A stretch of 64,000 nucleotides of DNA from NCBI GenBank assembly GCA_039545335.1, contig BCIN01000003.1:1054001-1118000 (forward strand). Reading direction: 5' to 3'. Below are positions 1-13,574 of this stretch, one piece after another. The notes beneath the pieces were generated by a model, which searched no databases, was not told where the DNA came from, and saw only the letters and a list, made by a program, of their open reading frames with translations. Within the stretch, counting starts at the first letter, position 1; every line of letters starts with the position of its first letter. The DNA comes from Kondoa subrosea. Taxonomy: Eukaryota. The position numbers and the translations under genes were made by a program.

Positions 1-612
1 ATTTGCTGTCCACAAATCTGACTTCAACTGATTGTATTTGTAGCTCGCTACCAGATCCGTACAGCAGCGGCACGCAAAGCTGCTCTTGCCTTCAGCTTTA
101 CGGACATAATGACTGATGGTTGTGTTCTGCTTTACCCACCTTCTGCTACGATTTCCACCACAGATACTGCTATCTTTAATCAAGTTCGTTGCTCTTATCT
201 AGCTGGCTTTGTCGGTGTTAATCTGCTAAGGGATCTACAGGTCTTCAGCGAAGAGGAACTTCAACCTAGCTGGTATTGCATCATCATATCAATCCAGCCA
301 GAGGTGGTCGACGAAGAGCAAACGCATGTTCTGCTACAGGCCATGATCAACCAGGTATGTACAACTCTCTTCATTGCCGTGAAGGAGCTCATGTTCTTCA
401 GGCAAGAGAGTCGGGCACCGATATTTTGCTGCAGACCAACAATTGGGATGACGTCAGTCTTCCATGAAGCTTATCGAGCAGTATTAAAACCAGTATAGGT
501 GTCTTGGTGCAAGAAACGAGACTTCAAATTGCTTCGTACTGATGTAGTTCCTACATCAAAAGGCGACAGCTGGCTATATTCCATGCGCTGGCGAGGGCTT
601 CGGATATATTAA
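1..612 (+). CDS. 3' part of a spliced GNAT-fold (acetyltransferase-like) protein, truncated by the window start
   Basis: Splicing two canonical introns (gtatgt..ttcag; gtcagt..atag) gives WYCIIISIQPE...LLQAMINQARESGTDILLQTNNWDDVSWCKKRDF...WLYSMRWRGLRIY*, which follows the GNAT beta4-alpha3-beta5-alpha4 pattern. Confidence 0.45.
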
Positions 613-713
613 GTCACCACAGCGGATTGAATAGAGTTCTCATCACATAGAGAAGAAATTAGACCATATAATTACACATATTTCAAAACTACTAGAGTAC
701 TGTTCTGTTCCAT

Positions 714-2876
714 CTAAGCAGCAGAAGCTTCTTCCTTGTCAATCAATTCACCCGAATCGTGCGATCGATTGCCATCTTCCTCTTCTTTGCTGTTGTCCTT
801 GTTCAGATCAAGGGGTTCCATTACTTCATCCTGTTTTTCAGGGATAGCGGGTAAGACCAAAGGACTCATAGCTGTACTATCTCCCTGTTCATAATCCTGA
901 TAAGGTATTGTTTCCCGCGTTGAATGAAAAGAGAAACTTACTCCTGCTGGATGGACTAAAGGACTGACTATTGGAGTCATTTGCGGACTATCAGGATTTC
1001 CAGATTGGACTTGAACTTGCAGAGCTTCCATTTCTCTTCTTAGTGCAATGAGTTCTTTCTCAAATCGACGGCCAAAGACCTGTGATTCTTCGGTCAGCTC
1101 ACGATCAGATTGGATTAAGCTGAGGCGTACGGTCAGATAGAAAGATGCTCCGTTCCAGACGGACACAGTAAAGATTCTATTGAATATTAGTACATAAACG
1201 GTCTGACGGTGATTAGACGAACAGAATGAGATAAGCGCTACTCCAAGCGCAAGAAGTGTAGAACCAAATTACAGCAGGGAGCATAGTGATGACTGTGTAC
1301 CTGTATACCTCTCATCACTTCATATCTCCACTGAGATAGAGAGTGAAAAGACATACACGTATTGAGCACACATAAAAGAAACTTCTCTCTTAGCAGGAGG
1401 AATCTTTTGCAAAGTTTTCCCAATCCATCCTCTATCATGCTTCAATAGACTGTACGTCAAAGGTGCTCTGAAATCAGGTATACAAGCTGATAGAGGGCAT
1501 CGAGACGCACTAAGTGAAGGAAGTTACTCTGCCTTGTTTCTCAATCTTTTCCTTCCTCTTGACGATAACGAAATGATAGTAAGCAAATTGCCATGATAAA
1601 TCTATGTTATTTCTGTGTTAGCCTTCTCCTTCTAAGGTCAAACGAAAAAAGAGCCATACAAACGAAAGAAGAGCTCAAGATGGTCTGCCAGATATCTAAT
1701 TTGTCCAATTTCGCAATTGCAGGATAGTCAATCTTAGCGGTAGGATGGAAATGGACTATGCTGGTGAAGAGGAAAGCAGGATACATGTGAATGAAGAGAC
1801 TGTCCAATCATGGATGATCATTAGCTTATATAAGCAGAAGAAAACCCAATGACAGACCTGGTTACTTTATCCAAAGAATGAAAAACGAGTGAATTGCGCC
1901 ACTATTAACCGTATGAGCGACAGATATACTTCAAAGGGGAAAACGTACTGTCGCTACTGCCGAAGCTAACGGACCATGTGATAACGCATAGCAGGCAGAG
2001 AAGAGTAGCGTTGAATCAGGTGCGAACCATAAGAAGATGAGACAAAGGAAGTTGATCAGGTAGCAGCTGTCTAACAGAAAATAATGCTACGAATTGCAAT
2101 CAGCTAGGAAATAAGGTATAACATTCAAGTAGACTAACATAGTTCTTGCTTTTGTAGGTGAAGACACGAACGGGAAGTAGCCAGATCGATTGTAAGGTGT
2201 AAGCCAGAGGACTGAAAGAATCGCCTAAGATCAGAGACATCACGAAATAACGCAACTTACATCCATTGTGGTCGGAATCCGATCAAGAGAGTAGAGACAG
2301 CAACATTCTATTGACACTCCGTCTGATCAATTATTTGACCTAGGCGATCAATCGAACTGACCATAACACCAAACAAGAAGGACAACTTGTCTCTCAAAGA
2401 AACGACTTGCTGTTCATTCCACTTTTGCTGGATTTTGCTCAAACGCTGCAAAGTCTTCTCCCTAAACTTCTGAACCTCTCTTTCTACTTTCTCTGCAGTA
2501 GCTTCCGTTCGTCTACCCATTTCATTTGGCAAATCTTTGAAACTCAGACTTCGTTTAGTTAAAACTAGTTCAGCTCGAGTTTTCCATTCTTTTGATCTTT
2601 CTTTGACTTTCTCGCTGATGAGACCAGTGTAGTTGTCAATATGAGATTGAATGACGACCTGTGTTTATTGAGCCATTCAGGTTTTGACACATGAAGCAGC
2701 AGTAGTTGGCAAAGGAGGAGACATACGAGTAAATCTAAGAAGGTCAGATCAGAGAACAGGTCATCCTGATAATAGTCTTGAGCATCATTTGTGGATTGGC
2801 GGCTAAGCGAAGGTCGTTTCTGCGTTGCTGCTGATGAGCTGCCTTGCTTGGGCAGAGGCGCCTGTGCTTCTGCCAT
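714..2876 (-). CDS. GPC1: Glycerophosphocholine acyltransferase (Gpc1/DUF2838), multi-exon
   Basis: Motifs LRDKLSFLFGV, HYFLLD.CY.IN, GPLASAV..WRNSL.FHSLDK.TSLFIHMYP, SVWNGASFY..VFGRRFEKEL across exons; ATG at 2876. Confidence 0.85.
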
Positions 2877-2981
2877 AAGGCCCTTAAGTATACAAGTGGC
2901 AGTCACGAACCAAGAAATCTCACAGAAACACGTTTGGAAAGCAAGGGTTGCTCTCGAAACGTGATCTCGAGGTCAAAGACT

Positions 2982-4189
2982 ATGAAGAGCCTGAGCAAGA
3001 GACTGATAAGGACCTATGCTACAGCTGGACCAGCGGCAGCATCAACGAGTTCTATCGAGTCTTCGCGTATAATACCGCACTTGGCTTCTATGCCTTCATC
3101 TGCATCACTCAAAGGCAAGGAAAGGCAGCAAGAGGATACACCAGTACTGGAGCATCAAGCACAAGATTTGCCTCCTGTTCAAAGAATCATCTCACAGAGT
3201 GAATTGTCGCCTAAGCAGCCTGGTCCATCTGCATCTGACAACCTTCTACAACTCTCCTTACCTATCGCTTCTTCTTCCTCCTCTTCTTCCTCTTCTTCTT
3301 CTTCAACGACAACAGTCAATGGTTTACCTTTACCAAACGCCGAAACAGCAACTCTACCTCATTCAAATCATCCTTTCAACACGTATAAATTCGTTTCCTT
3401 ACTTTCTTCATCAGGGTTCAACAGAGGTTCAAGTGAAGCAATAATGAAAGGAACTAAATCACTTTTAATGATTGAAGAATCTAGAGTTGCAAACGAATTG
3501 GTTGCGAAAGCTGAAATGGAGAATGAAGCTTATTTGTTTCGAGCTGCTTTGGATGAATTGAGAACAGAAGTACAAGTTCAAGCTAGAAATGATGCAATGG
3601 CTTTAAGAAGTCAGACTGGAAGTTTGCAGAGGGATATAGATGCTTTCAATCAGAAATTGAGGGAAGACATGCAAACCGTTAGAAATACGTATGTTCTCTG
3701 TGGTCTTAGTGGTCATTTTGGTAGCTGATGAGAATAAGGGAAAATCAGGATACAAATCGATTTCAATTCACATAAAGAAGAATCACTCAACGACCAGAAA
3801 GATCTAGCGTTGAAGATTATCGATCTCGATAACAAGTACACTGTAGCTCTGGCAGATGTACGAGCTGATTTAGAAGCCCACAAATGGGAGCAAACAAGGA
3901 GGATATTGAGTAAGTTTCGATATTTGTCTTTACAAGATCTTTCTGATACTTTGATTAGTCATGATTGGCGGTCTACTCTTTGCCGTAGTTGTATCAAATT
4001 CATTGGATGCTGTGAGTCTAAGAGGCTGCCGTGAGTGTTCTCTAATTGGCATCCAATCTTGATTGACAGGCTTCGACACCTCCTCCTCAACCTCCTCCAG
4101 CGCCCCCAATTCCGTCAGCAGCGGATCTGGGCATCAGACCGAGTCCTTCGTATCTCAATGGAAAGCGTGTAGGGGAAGAAGATGAGTGA
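2982..4189 (+). CDS. Mitochondrial DUF1640/CCDC90 (MCUR1/Fmp32-like) coiled-coil protein
   Basis: Presequence MKSLSKRLIRTYATA, HPFNTYKFV..L...GF, YLFRAALDELRTE, coiled coil, E..KWEQTRR then a TM segment. Confidence 0.8.
3268..3304 (+). repeat. Imperfect (TCT/TCC)n microsatellite encoding poly-Ser
   Basis: cttcttcttcctcctcttcttcctcttcttcttcttc inside the DUF1640 CDS. Confidence 0.8.
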
Positions 4190-4405
4190 TGAACAACAAG
4201 AACTCTTGCATGATTGAGCATTTAGACTGCATTGTATTTATCGCGGTCCACTGCATCGGCGCAATTCTAATACAGCCATTTGATACATCTTTCACGCATC
4301 CTATGAATAGATTTTCGGCCTGCAACATGCTTGACCGTTATCATAATCCGGAAACAAGGCAATGATTTGCCAAAAGGCCGACTGCTTCGATTGCAATGAG
4401 TACAT

Positions 4406-6190
4406 TCAATCGCTCATCATTTGACCCGAAGGAGGTTGTTTCGGTACACTTTCTTCGCTTAAGACCGTCAGAGCGCTTTCAAAGATATCACAACCTCTTT
4501 CCATCTCTTCTTCTGTGATGGTCAGACTAGGAACAAATCGCATAGTTCCATTTCCACAAGTCAATAACAGCAGACCTCTTTCCCTGCAGAGTTTGGCGAT
4601 CTTGCCTGGATGATCATGGTTCTTGAAAGGAACACCAAGGATCATGCCTCGTCCTCGAACAGGACCAGCAATCAAATCTGGGAAATAGTTTTGAAGTTTG
4701 GATAGCCGAGAATGTAGGAGATCGCCAACTTGACTGACTTGATCTAAGAAAGAGAAATCTGCTATTCGACCAAAGACGTGATGGGCTACTCGAGTTTGAA
4801 GTGGTTGACCTCCAAAAGTCGTTCCATGGTCGCCTAGAACACATGTTCATGATATGTAACACAGGAGAAGTGGGAAAGCATACCTAGTTTAATGACATCT
4901 GCTATTGCGTCCCGCATGAGTATCGCACCAATGCACAATCCGTTCGCCAGAGGTTTAGCCATCGTTACTATATCGGGATGGCAATCTGTAGGGAAGAGAG
5001 AATGCGCCCAAAGTTTGCCTGTCCGACCGATGCCGCACTGAGATAATCGTCAGGCTAGTAGACTCAGTGAAACAGCTGCCGTACCTGTATTTCATCGTAT
5101 ATGAGAGCTGCTCCTACTTCTGTACACCGTTTCCGCAAAGCTCTTAAGAAAGGTTCATTCGCTTCCATGATTCCGCCTTCACCCTGTGCGCTCACCGGAT
5201 CATTCAGCACAACATAAGTGCACAGATCTTGAGAGCACACCTGTATCGGCTCAACAATAACACCACAGGTTTTCTCTGTTATCAGATCCTCAATCGATCC
5301 CAAATCATTCAGCTTTGCTGCCTTGAAACCCGGTATAAGCGGAGCGAAAGGTTCTTGATATTTCGGTTGACTGGTAGCACTGAGAGCGCCCATTGATCTT
5401 CCATGAAATCCATCAGTAAAACAAACGATTTCCGTCTTGTCTTTCTTATTGTTTGATTTCCCGAACTTTCGAACGAATTTCAATGCACCTTCGTTGGCTT
5501 CTGTACCTGAATTGGCGAAGAAGACTTTCAAACCACTTGAAGATTCGGTAGAATGAGTAGTTGCGGTTGAAGAACAGTTTGGATCTGGGAAACCTAAACC
5601 ACCATGTTGTTTCGTTCGAGTGACTATTAGGTCTGCTAATTCTCCTGACCATTCATTATGGAAGAGATTTGAGCAGTGTACTAATTTGAGAGCCTAACAG
5701 TACGCTTTCAGATCCACGAGCTTCCTTAGAGACAGAGGAAGAAGGAAACTGACCTGTTCGGACATGACAGCAGCTACTTGTTCATCCGCATGACCTAAAG
5801 CGTTGACTGCAATTCCAGCAGTCATATCCAAATATTCCCTCTGTTGAGTATCCCACACTTTACATCCTTTGCCCTTTTGTAGTATCATTGAAGGTCGGGC
5901 ATAAGTATTGAGCGTTACTCTAGCATGCCGAGCTAGTTTTTCTTGTACTTCTGAAGGAGCTGGTTCGTCCGGATGTGAAGCTGCTGTATAGCTTGAGTTT
6001 GGCTAATGCACGAGTCAGAACAGATCATCGAAACACAAGATGTACAGGACACGGACCTGGGTTGAAGCATGCCTTAACTGTCGAACAGGCTTTCGGCCAG
6101 CTCTCTGTCCCAGATCAACAGTAAGAAAAAGATAACAGCACAAATCTATGCATGACTCGCTTTGGAGGCAGATAACAGCGAGCGGTGCAT
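4406..6190 (-). CDS. ARG8: Acetylornithine aminotransferase, mitochondrial (class III PLP aminotransferase)
   Basis: YLDMTAGIAVNALGH, FFANSGTEANEGALK, FHGRSMGALS, IVEPIQGEGG, DEIQCGIGRTG, TMAKPLANG, HGTTFGG; first intron is GC-AG (6105-6160). Confidence 0.93.
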
Positions 6191-6371
6191 CTTGCAGCTG
6201 GTCTAGAAGGTCAATTTATGTCCAACACAGTAGAGTAGAGTAGATGAAGACTATCGGAGGCGAGAAGGGTGTGCTGGAGCAAGAACAACATGCTTGAGCA
6301 ATCTCAGCGAAATATCACGACTTGGATGATTCCCGCTGTGCCTGCTTGATCTTTATACCTCTGCGCTTGTG

Positions 6372-9300
6372 ATGACTGAAGCCATCAATACCCTAGGGGA
6401 TGAATTGCGGACTCGCACACAACCGCTTGAAAGTGATACCTTCGCTTCTGCCCTGTCCACGCTTCAGACTGGTCTCTCTTCCTCCAACAGTCACATCGTT
6501 ACTGCAAGCATTGGATGTCTCCTTCATTTCTGGCCTTTGATCGATTCCAACGCGTCCTTACTCAAAGCTATAAACTTGTTGATCAAGGGTTCACTCATGG
6601 ATAAATTGGGTGATTCAAACAAGAGAATCAGGGATCTTGCTGGCCGAGCATTGTTGGTAACGGGCAAGACTTGTCTGAATTTCCAAACAAGTGAAGATGC
6701 GTCATTGAAGACTTTGGAGAGCATAGTCAAAGATCAAGGTTTCTCTTCCAAACAAGCTAGAACAAGAGAATCATGCTTGGTGTACCTTCGCGAAATAAGG
6801 AAAGACAACCCTGACCTTCCACTGAAACAATGGGTTCCTTGTCTTTTAGCAACATTGGAAGATTCAGATTCTCAAGTTAGGGAAACAGCAAGGGACACTG
6901 TGGTAGTCATTTTTGCCGATCCTGCAGTTCCGGAAGCAGCAAGAGCTGATTTAAAGAAAGAATTGTCGAAACATAGTATCAGAGGAGCGGAAGAGTTGAT
7001 TGCTGGGCTATTAGCTGCACCGAAAGAATTAGGCTTAGGAGTACCTGAAGGGACTCCCAGCGCAAGCAACCGGACAGCAAGTACTACCAGTATAGTTTCC
7101 GCAGTTGGCACCCCACTCGATTCGGTACAAACAGTCTATGTGCGTGAAGTATCAAATTTGTGCAATTCAGCACTAGAATTTTGGTCTCATCACGTACAGA
7201 TTGCCTCACCTAAAGATATGGAGTCAGAATTTGCAGCAATGACTGAATCTTTTGCCGGCAAAGAAACAGAGCATAACTGGATTCCGCGCGACAAATACAT
7301 CAACCGGATAAGAGGTAAGCTTAACCCAGCATTAATTGCTCTCCGGCTGACATGTATCTCAGGCATGCTCAAAAGTGACGCTCATGTCACATATTTGGAC
7401 TCGTTTCTAGCTGGCCTTAAGCTAGTAATGGATGATATCCTTAAAATCGTTAGCTGAATTTCCCATCTTCTATACATTCGGCTCACTGCGTAAATAGTCA
7501 ACTTCTCTCCGTACAACGCTAGCTACAGCGACATGCAATCTCCTAGGCGAATTAGCTGAACATCTTAAAACCTCTCTCGACCCTTTCTACGAATCAGCAC
7601 TCAATGCTCTACTAAAGATCGCAGCTCAAACAAAGAAATTAGTCGTTCAAGCTTCAGAAGTCGCCATGGGCTTACTTATCGCTCATTGTTCCTATTCTTA
7701 CAAAGGCTTGAATCTTCTTTGGGAGGGTATGCAAGCCAAACCTATATCTATCCGTCAAGCTTCTGCTGTACATACCAAAACGATGCTCAGCACACATGGC
7801 GAATCAGCCAAGACAGCAATAGAAACTACAGGCGGTCTAGCTGTCTTCGTGAAGATCTTGCAGAAAGGTATAACGGATCCTACTGCAGGAGTAAGGGAAG
7901 CTTCAAGGGCAGCGTATTGGGTCTTCTCACCTCTTTGGCCAAAAGAAGCTCAGCAATTATTGGATGGCTTAGATCCAGCTGTTCGGTCTCAAGTACAAAA
8001 ATCAGTCAATGGATTAAATTCGAGCACTTCGAAACCTGATACATCTAAACGACCTTCCGTAAGAGCGATGATTGCAGCAAAGAAGTCAACCGCTCCGGCT
8101 ACGTCTTCACCACCTATCAAACCGAGAGCTAGTCCACCTTCGGCAGCATCGAGTACTTCTACATCTCCTCCATCACAAACAACTCACAGTCGTATTTCCT
8201 CTACCTCCACTATAAAAACAGCTAATGGATCACCTTCTTCTCGGCAATCAATATATTCTCGCGCAAGAACAAGTACAGCATCAACTATCGATGTCTCCTC
8301 TGCATCAGCCAGGGGAAGAGCAGAATCAGCAAGCTCTTCTCGTTCGGCTGCCTCAAGCAGGGAATCGCCCCCACAAGCTCGTCAAACAGTACCCAAATCC
8401 CGTCCCGCGTCTATTCAGCAAAGCCCGTCAATGAAGAAAGGCCCTATTACACCAACTGCTAAACGAGTGTCAGTGCAAAGACAACAATCAGACGATTTGG
8501 ATGCTGCTTCATTACCTTCTTCGCAGTCAGATCAAGATCAAATGGACGCTTCTTTCGATGGAGGAATGGTAGAAGCAGCAATGGCTTCACAAGCATCTCA
8601 AGCCGAACAAGCAGCTGAAAGATTGTTAGAATTAGTTGAAGAAGATCCTGTAACTCCGGTCAAGAAGAGTTTATTAGATCGCCTCAAAGGAATGCAGTTG
8701 AAAGATCAGGAGTTGAAAAATAGTCCTGCTGAGAAAGAAGAGAAACCCTGGAGCTACGAAGACGAGCTCGGTGTTCATTCTTGGTGGCTTGCTTCGACGG
8801 AACGTGAGTACTTAGCTCTACGTACCGAATTCCCTCGCTGATCTTTTCTGCTCTAGTGAAAGAGATGCCCGAGGCTCTGAACACTTCAACACCTGAAGAC
8901 TTGCAGATCATAGATAGCCTGATCGATGCTCTGGCGAAGGGAACACTTGAGCGAGAATCAATATTGCGATTGCGCCGTCTTTCAGCAGATCACGATGTTT
9001 CAGACGGAGCAGCGAAAGCAACGCCGGATTTAAATCAGCAATTTTGGACGAAGAACAAACTTTTCAATAGGCTGTTCATGGCCATACAGGAAATTCTGAA
9101 GTTACCAGTAAGCTTCCACCTATAGTGCATTCAATTAGACTCTGAGGGATTTCCAGAGCGACGATAACGTAGCTGGACCTACTATCGCACAACTTGAAGC
9201 TGCTTTGGCACTGCTGAAAGATCTAGTAGTACATGAAGCTACTCTGTTTTCGGGCCAAGAGATTGCAATGTTTTCTCTACTTTTGAATATTCCAGTCCAT

Positions 9301-9831
9301 CATCTATTCCGTGAGGTATGTACTCCAGCTCATTTTGAATTGCCTTCACTAAAATTTGAACCAGGCAATGATCGCCTCACGTACTATACTTGCAATCTAC
9401 CTCGACCACATCGATCCTCTATATGCACTCATGTGTCTCCGTGGAACTCTACTCGACTTTCTTTCAAATCACTCAGAGCTGTCCAACTCAGCTGCGATGT
9501 CTTTCGCTGGCGCAATGAAATCGCTTGGCAGTGTGTTACTGCGCTTACCTGCAGAAGTACTGGAGGACGAGATACCAGCCACAAAGGGTCTATTACTGAC
9601 CGTGAGTGCATGGTACTGACCATGCCTCGGGACTCACATCTGTTTTTGTTTTTAAAGGGCATGGCATCCTCAAATACTGAAGTCCGCCAAGCGACCGTTT
9701 CGGCCCTATGTGCTGCAGAAAGAGTACTGAAGGATGACACACGTCTGTTTGCAATGCTTGAAGGCTTGACTACTGGACAGATAGCTCTCCTGACATACTT
9801 CTTTGCTCGAAGTCATGACAATGATATATAA
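6372..9831 (+). CDS. STU1: CLASP-family microtubule-associated protein (Stu1), HEAT/TOG repeats
   Basis: TOG/HEAT repeats, CLASP_N motif KETEHNW..R, SLRTTL, QTKKLV, Ser/Pro-rich linker, C-terminal HEAT with Q..LLTYF. Confidence 0.85.
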
Positions 9832-9874
9832 TATGCTTGTATATACAATGGCTCCTCTTCATTGGTATTCCATA

Positions 9875-10672
9875 CTACGTCACCTCTTCGTACTGCGCTG
9901 GTAGATCTCTCCCTTCAATCCAAGCCAAGATTCCTTGCGCGAACAGAGCAGGTTCAGATTGATTCCAAGGATGTGGTTGATTTGGGACAATATACCCTCG
10001 GCTTTCGCTGTTCCCTTTCTTCAGCCAAGCCGTTTGGATGCACATTCTGTTCAACCTAAACTCGTTTCCTCCTGCTACTAGCAAAGTCCTTCCCTCCACC
10101 TTTTCCCATACTGATTGAGGGACTTCTGTTTCAATAGCAGTAGCAATTGCTCTTCCTCTTTGAAATACTCCGCCAGCCCTTGGATTCTCGTGAATCTGAC
10201 GGTACAACTCTTCCCCGTTAATCTGCTTGTCTACATGCTTGACCACAAAAAGGAAAGCCCATTTAGGTGCAACACTTTGAATGAAACCTTCTAGACCAAG
10301 CAGGATTCCTAGAGACGAAGCTCCTTGACCCGAGGATGTGTGGCTGCCGCTGACAAATACGGTTCTTATCAATGTAGGATGATGCGCTGCTAGATAGATT
10401 GCAAGATAGCCGCCTGCTGAGAAGCCGACTAGATCTACCTGGCCGTTGTGGGCTTGCGAAGTAATGATGGAAGCAAGCAAAGGAGCAAGAACAGCGAAAG
10501 ACCAAGTGTCGACTAATTCTGGAGTATGATGGAGGTCAGGAAGTAATAGATGATAGTCTTTCAGGTGTTCTGCGACTTGATCCCATTCTCCTGAGCTTGA
10601 ATTGCCTCCATGCAAGAGCAAAATAGTCTTCGAAGCTGATTCGTTGACTGATTTGTAAGGAAGGCTGACCAT
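9875..10672 (-). CDS. Alpha/beta-hydrolase, intronless
   Basis: LLLHGG oxyanion motif, HLLLPDL, nucleophile elbow GFSAGG, C-terminal HPWN; single ORF, ATG at 10672. Confidence 0.8.
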   Translation of the reverse strand: MVSLPYKSVNESASKTILLLHGGNSSSGEWDQVAEHLKDYHLLLPDLHHTPELVDTWSFAVLAPLLASIITSQAHNGQVDLVGFSAGGYLAIYLAAHHPTLIRTVFVSGSHTSSGQGASSLGILLGLEGFIQSVAPKWAFLFVVKHVDKQINGEELYRQIHENPRAGGVFQRGRAIATAIETEVPQSVWEKVEGRTLLVAGGNEFRLNRMCIQTAWLKKGNSESRGYIVPNQPHPWNQSEPALFAQGILAWIEGRDLPAQYEEVT

Positions 10673-10952
10673 ATGCAGACTTCCAATGAATGGTGAGCAA
10701 ATTTGATACGACACAGAATTGGGAGATGTACCAATCAGCAACAGATCGAGATGCGGATGGTCGCTAGGTAAGGACTCGAGTTTTTATTTTGCTCTGCGTA
10801 TGCTGCCAGCAGCTCTACATTGTTCCGACTACGTACAACCTGTTTCGCTTCACAGAAATGTTCCCGTCTACCAAACTTCCGAGTGATCGTTTCGGATCTT
10901 TCGGTGAGCGCGTCTCTACATAGTCTCGCGTCAGCGATATTTGGCTAAGCCG

Positions 10953-11622
10953 TCAATATGAGCTTACCTGCCTGGCTCGTTTCGCCGAACCAGCTGTCGG
11001 AGCAGGCTTTGGAACCGCAGCCGCAGCATATCCTGCCCTATAACCCTTTGCGTAGCTTGTCGATAGTGCGTTTTCATATCCTTGATCCTGAGAAGATCTG
11101 CTGTAACCTGCAGCAAAGCCCTCATTGTAAGAAGTGTTGCATGTTTGTGCTGTCTGCGAAGGAATGTCTTTTGTGTTCATGTATGTAGGTTTGTAAGGAG
11201 ATTCGCTCGGCTGGCCATTCTGTTGACTGTACGAATCTCCGTCAACTAGTGAACAGGTACATTGTAATTGTCGAAGCTGACCCAATGACTCCAGAACTAT
11301 TCTAGGAAATCAACATGCGAATAATCTGAGCAGACGCGATACTAACTTATATCCGTCGTTGTATTGATCATCTGCTTGTGAGCTGGAATAGGCATAGTTG
11401 TAGCCATCGTTGTAAGCTGTATTGTGTCCCTATGAATTTGATCAGTTTATTCGACGCGCGCAATTTTTGCAAAAGAATACGCACATCATTGAATCCAGTG
11501 TTGTAGTCGTCTGAAGTCCCCTCTCCACAGTTCACATCCGAGTTCCGGCCACGGATAACGAAAGTACTGCTTGCAGATACGAAAGCGACGAGAGAAAGAA
11601 GTGTAACGCGCGCGAGAAGCAT
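10953..11622 (-). CDS. Small secreted protein with repeated Y-N-x-G-F/Y motifs
   Basis: Signal peptide MLLARVTLLSLVAFVSA; spliced repeats YNTGFNDG, YNDGYNY, YNDGY, YNEGFAAGY, YAKGYRAGY. Confidence 0.65.
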
Positions 11623-12047
11623 TTTGTGCAGAAGATTTTCAAACGACAGTAGAATGAACGACGAGAAGAGAAAGAATGGTGCAAGAGCAAGACGCGAAGC
11701 ATTATCTCAAAAAAGGTAATCTAATTACGCGTGAAGAGAGTCGCGTTGATTTCTCAACGTTGTGCGGGCCGCTGCCTTGCCGTGATAGCGAGATTCCTAA
11801 ATGAACACTCGTCTTGAGCGATGCATGCATTTTTATACACATAGCTGCACGGACCGTGGTTTGGGATTCAGCTTAAAACCATACTTTTCGCAAATCGCAC
11901 ACGTGAGATTGTTATGAATCAAAGATAGCGCAACGAAACGACTATAGATACAGGCCTTTGTTGTAATAATGGAATTGGCATGTGGACTTGCTGACTTTGT
12001 ACATTTATCAACATTGAATACATTGAAACATTGACGCGACATTTTCT

Positions 12048-13313
12048 TCATACTTTATCTTGAGTAATGTAAGATGGTGCTCTGATATTCACAAACGAGT
12101 ATTCCTGCCGGCGAAAGTTCAGTAAGAAGTCGCAAGCAAATTAAAAGCATACTGACAATCACATCGGGAAGTTTTCTTGTCATTGCGGACTGGAAATTGA
12201 GTTCTGATCTGAAGGGACGTAGACCAGCTTTTTCTAGCATCTCCCACCATTCATAGTAGTCAGAGAAAGCGACTTCGCTCTCGTCGTACCATGCATGAAC
12301 TTCTAACTGTAGCTGAGCAAAAGGCAGAGGTCCTCCTTTGGCACCATCCACTATTTCTTTCAGTACAGCGAATTCTGAGCCTTCGATATCCACTTTGAGC
12401 AGATCCACAAACGAATGACCGTTCTCTTTCATACTGTAGGCTGATCTCGTTTTTGGTCTCTCGATAAATGAAAGGGCGCTCACATATAGGCTAAGGTATG
12501 TGTTTCTGGGTTGTCTTTTGTTTGGGCTAGATTTACATCATCGAAGCGGTATGGGGTGAATTTGACTCGTGAGTTCAGTTCAGCGTCATTTTTGATTTCT
12601 GGCCCAATCTGTAAATTCGTCGCTGAAACTGAGCTAATGAGGAAGGTTCAGATGTGCCAAGAACGCACAGATGTCACTGAGAAATCCTGACAAGAATTTC
12701 TTGTAAGCAAATGAAAGCCATTGAGGCAGACATGCTCACGTATGCCCAAATCTTGCAGTGCGGCGACCGCTTTAGTAGAGCAGCTTCGAAAGAAGATTGC
12801 TGTTCCACGCCGAAAGAATAGATGACACAGCTAAAGCTCTAATGAGATATCAACGAGAGCTGAAAGTAAGACCTGCTCTTACTCTGGCACTTTCACCAAC
12901 CTCTCGGCACCGCACACCCATTTCCCTCCATCGCCTATCACTCCTACCCTTTCAAGCTCCCAAGGACACGGCCAACTAGCGGGAAACCAATCCCAAAGCA
13001 TATACAGCCTATGCAGCGGATCTTGTCTTGTAGTAGGGAAAGAATGTATCTCTTTGATTGGACCCAATTTCTGCAGCAGTTTCTTCCTTCCATCCACTGA
13101 TACTTGATAGATCTCTTCCGCATGATTGATTCGATCAGTTGTAGAGGGAAGAACGAAACGAGCACCTCTTGCGCCTGTTCGACTGAGTGCTGAAGGCCAT
13201 TGCGTAGGTGCAGAGGATTGACCAAAGTATGATAAGGACAAGATTACACAAGCAAGAATTGCAGCGCCCGCAACTTTGTGAGACCGCGATGCATTCGTCA
13301 GGAAAGCGCTCAT
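12048..13313 (-). CDS. Membrane-anchored methyltransferase-domain protein (Methyltransf_22/METTL24-like)
   Basis: N-terminal TM; WDWFPASW.CP...ERVG..GDGGKWVCG, CVIYSFG..SSFE, DLLKVDIEGSEF, LPFAQLQLEVH, EYSFVNI. Confidence 0.85.
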
Positions 13314-13574
13314 TCAAGTGTAGGACAGATTAGGACTGCTAGAGAGCAAGAGATGGTGATATTAGAAGCACGAGACAGGTATACAGGGCCGCGAGGTAAT
13401 CGTAACAAGAGAACCCTTTTCAAGTCAAAATGCGGAAATGGCTTGGTCCATCACGCGGTGCTGCACAAAAGAAACGACAGTAGTCTCGACAGTTTAAGAG
13501 CAAGAGCAATGCAGACGATATTTTTATACAATGGCGAAATAGAAAATAACGATGACAAATCACAATCTAAATAT

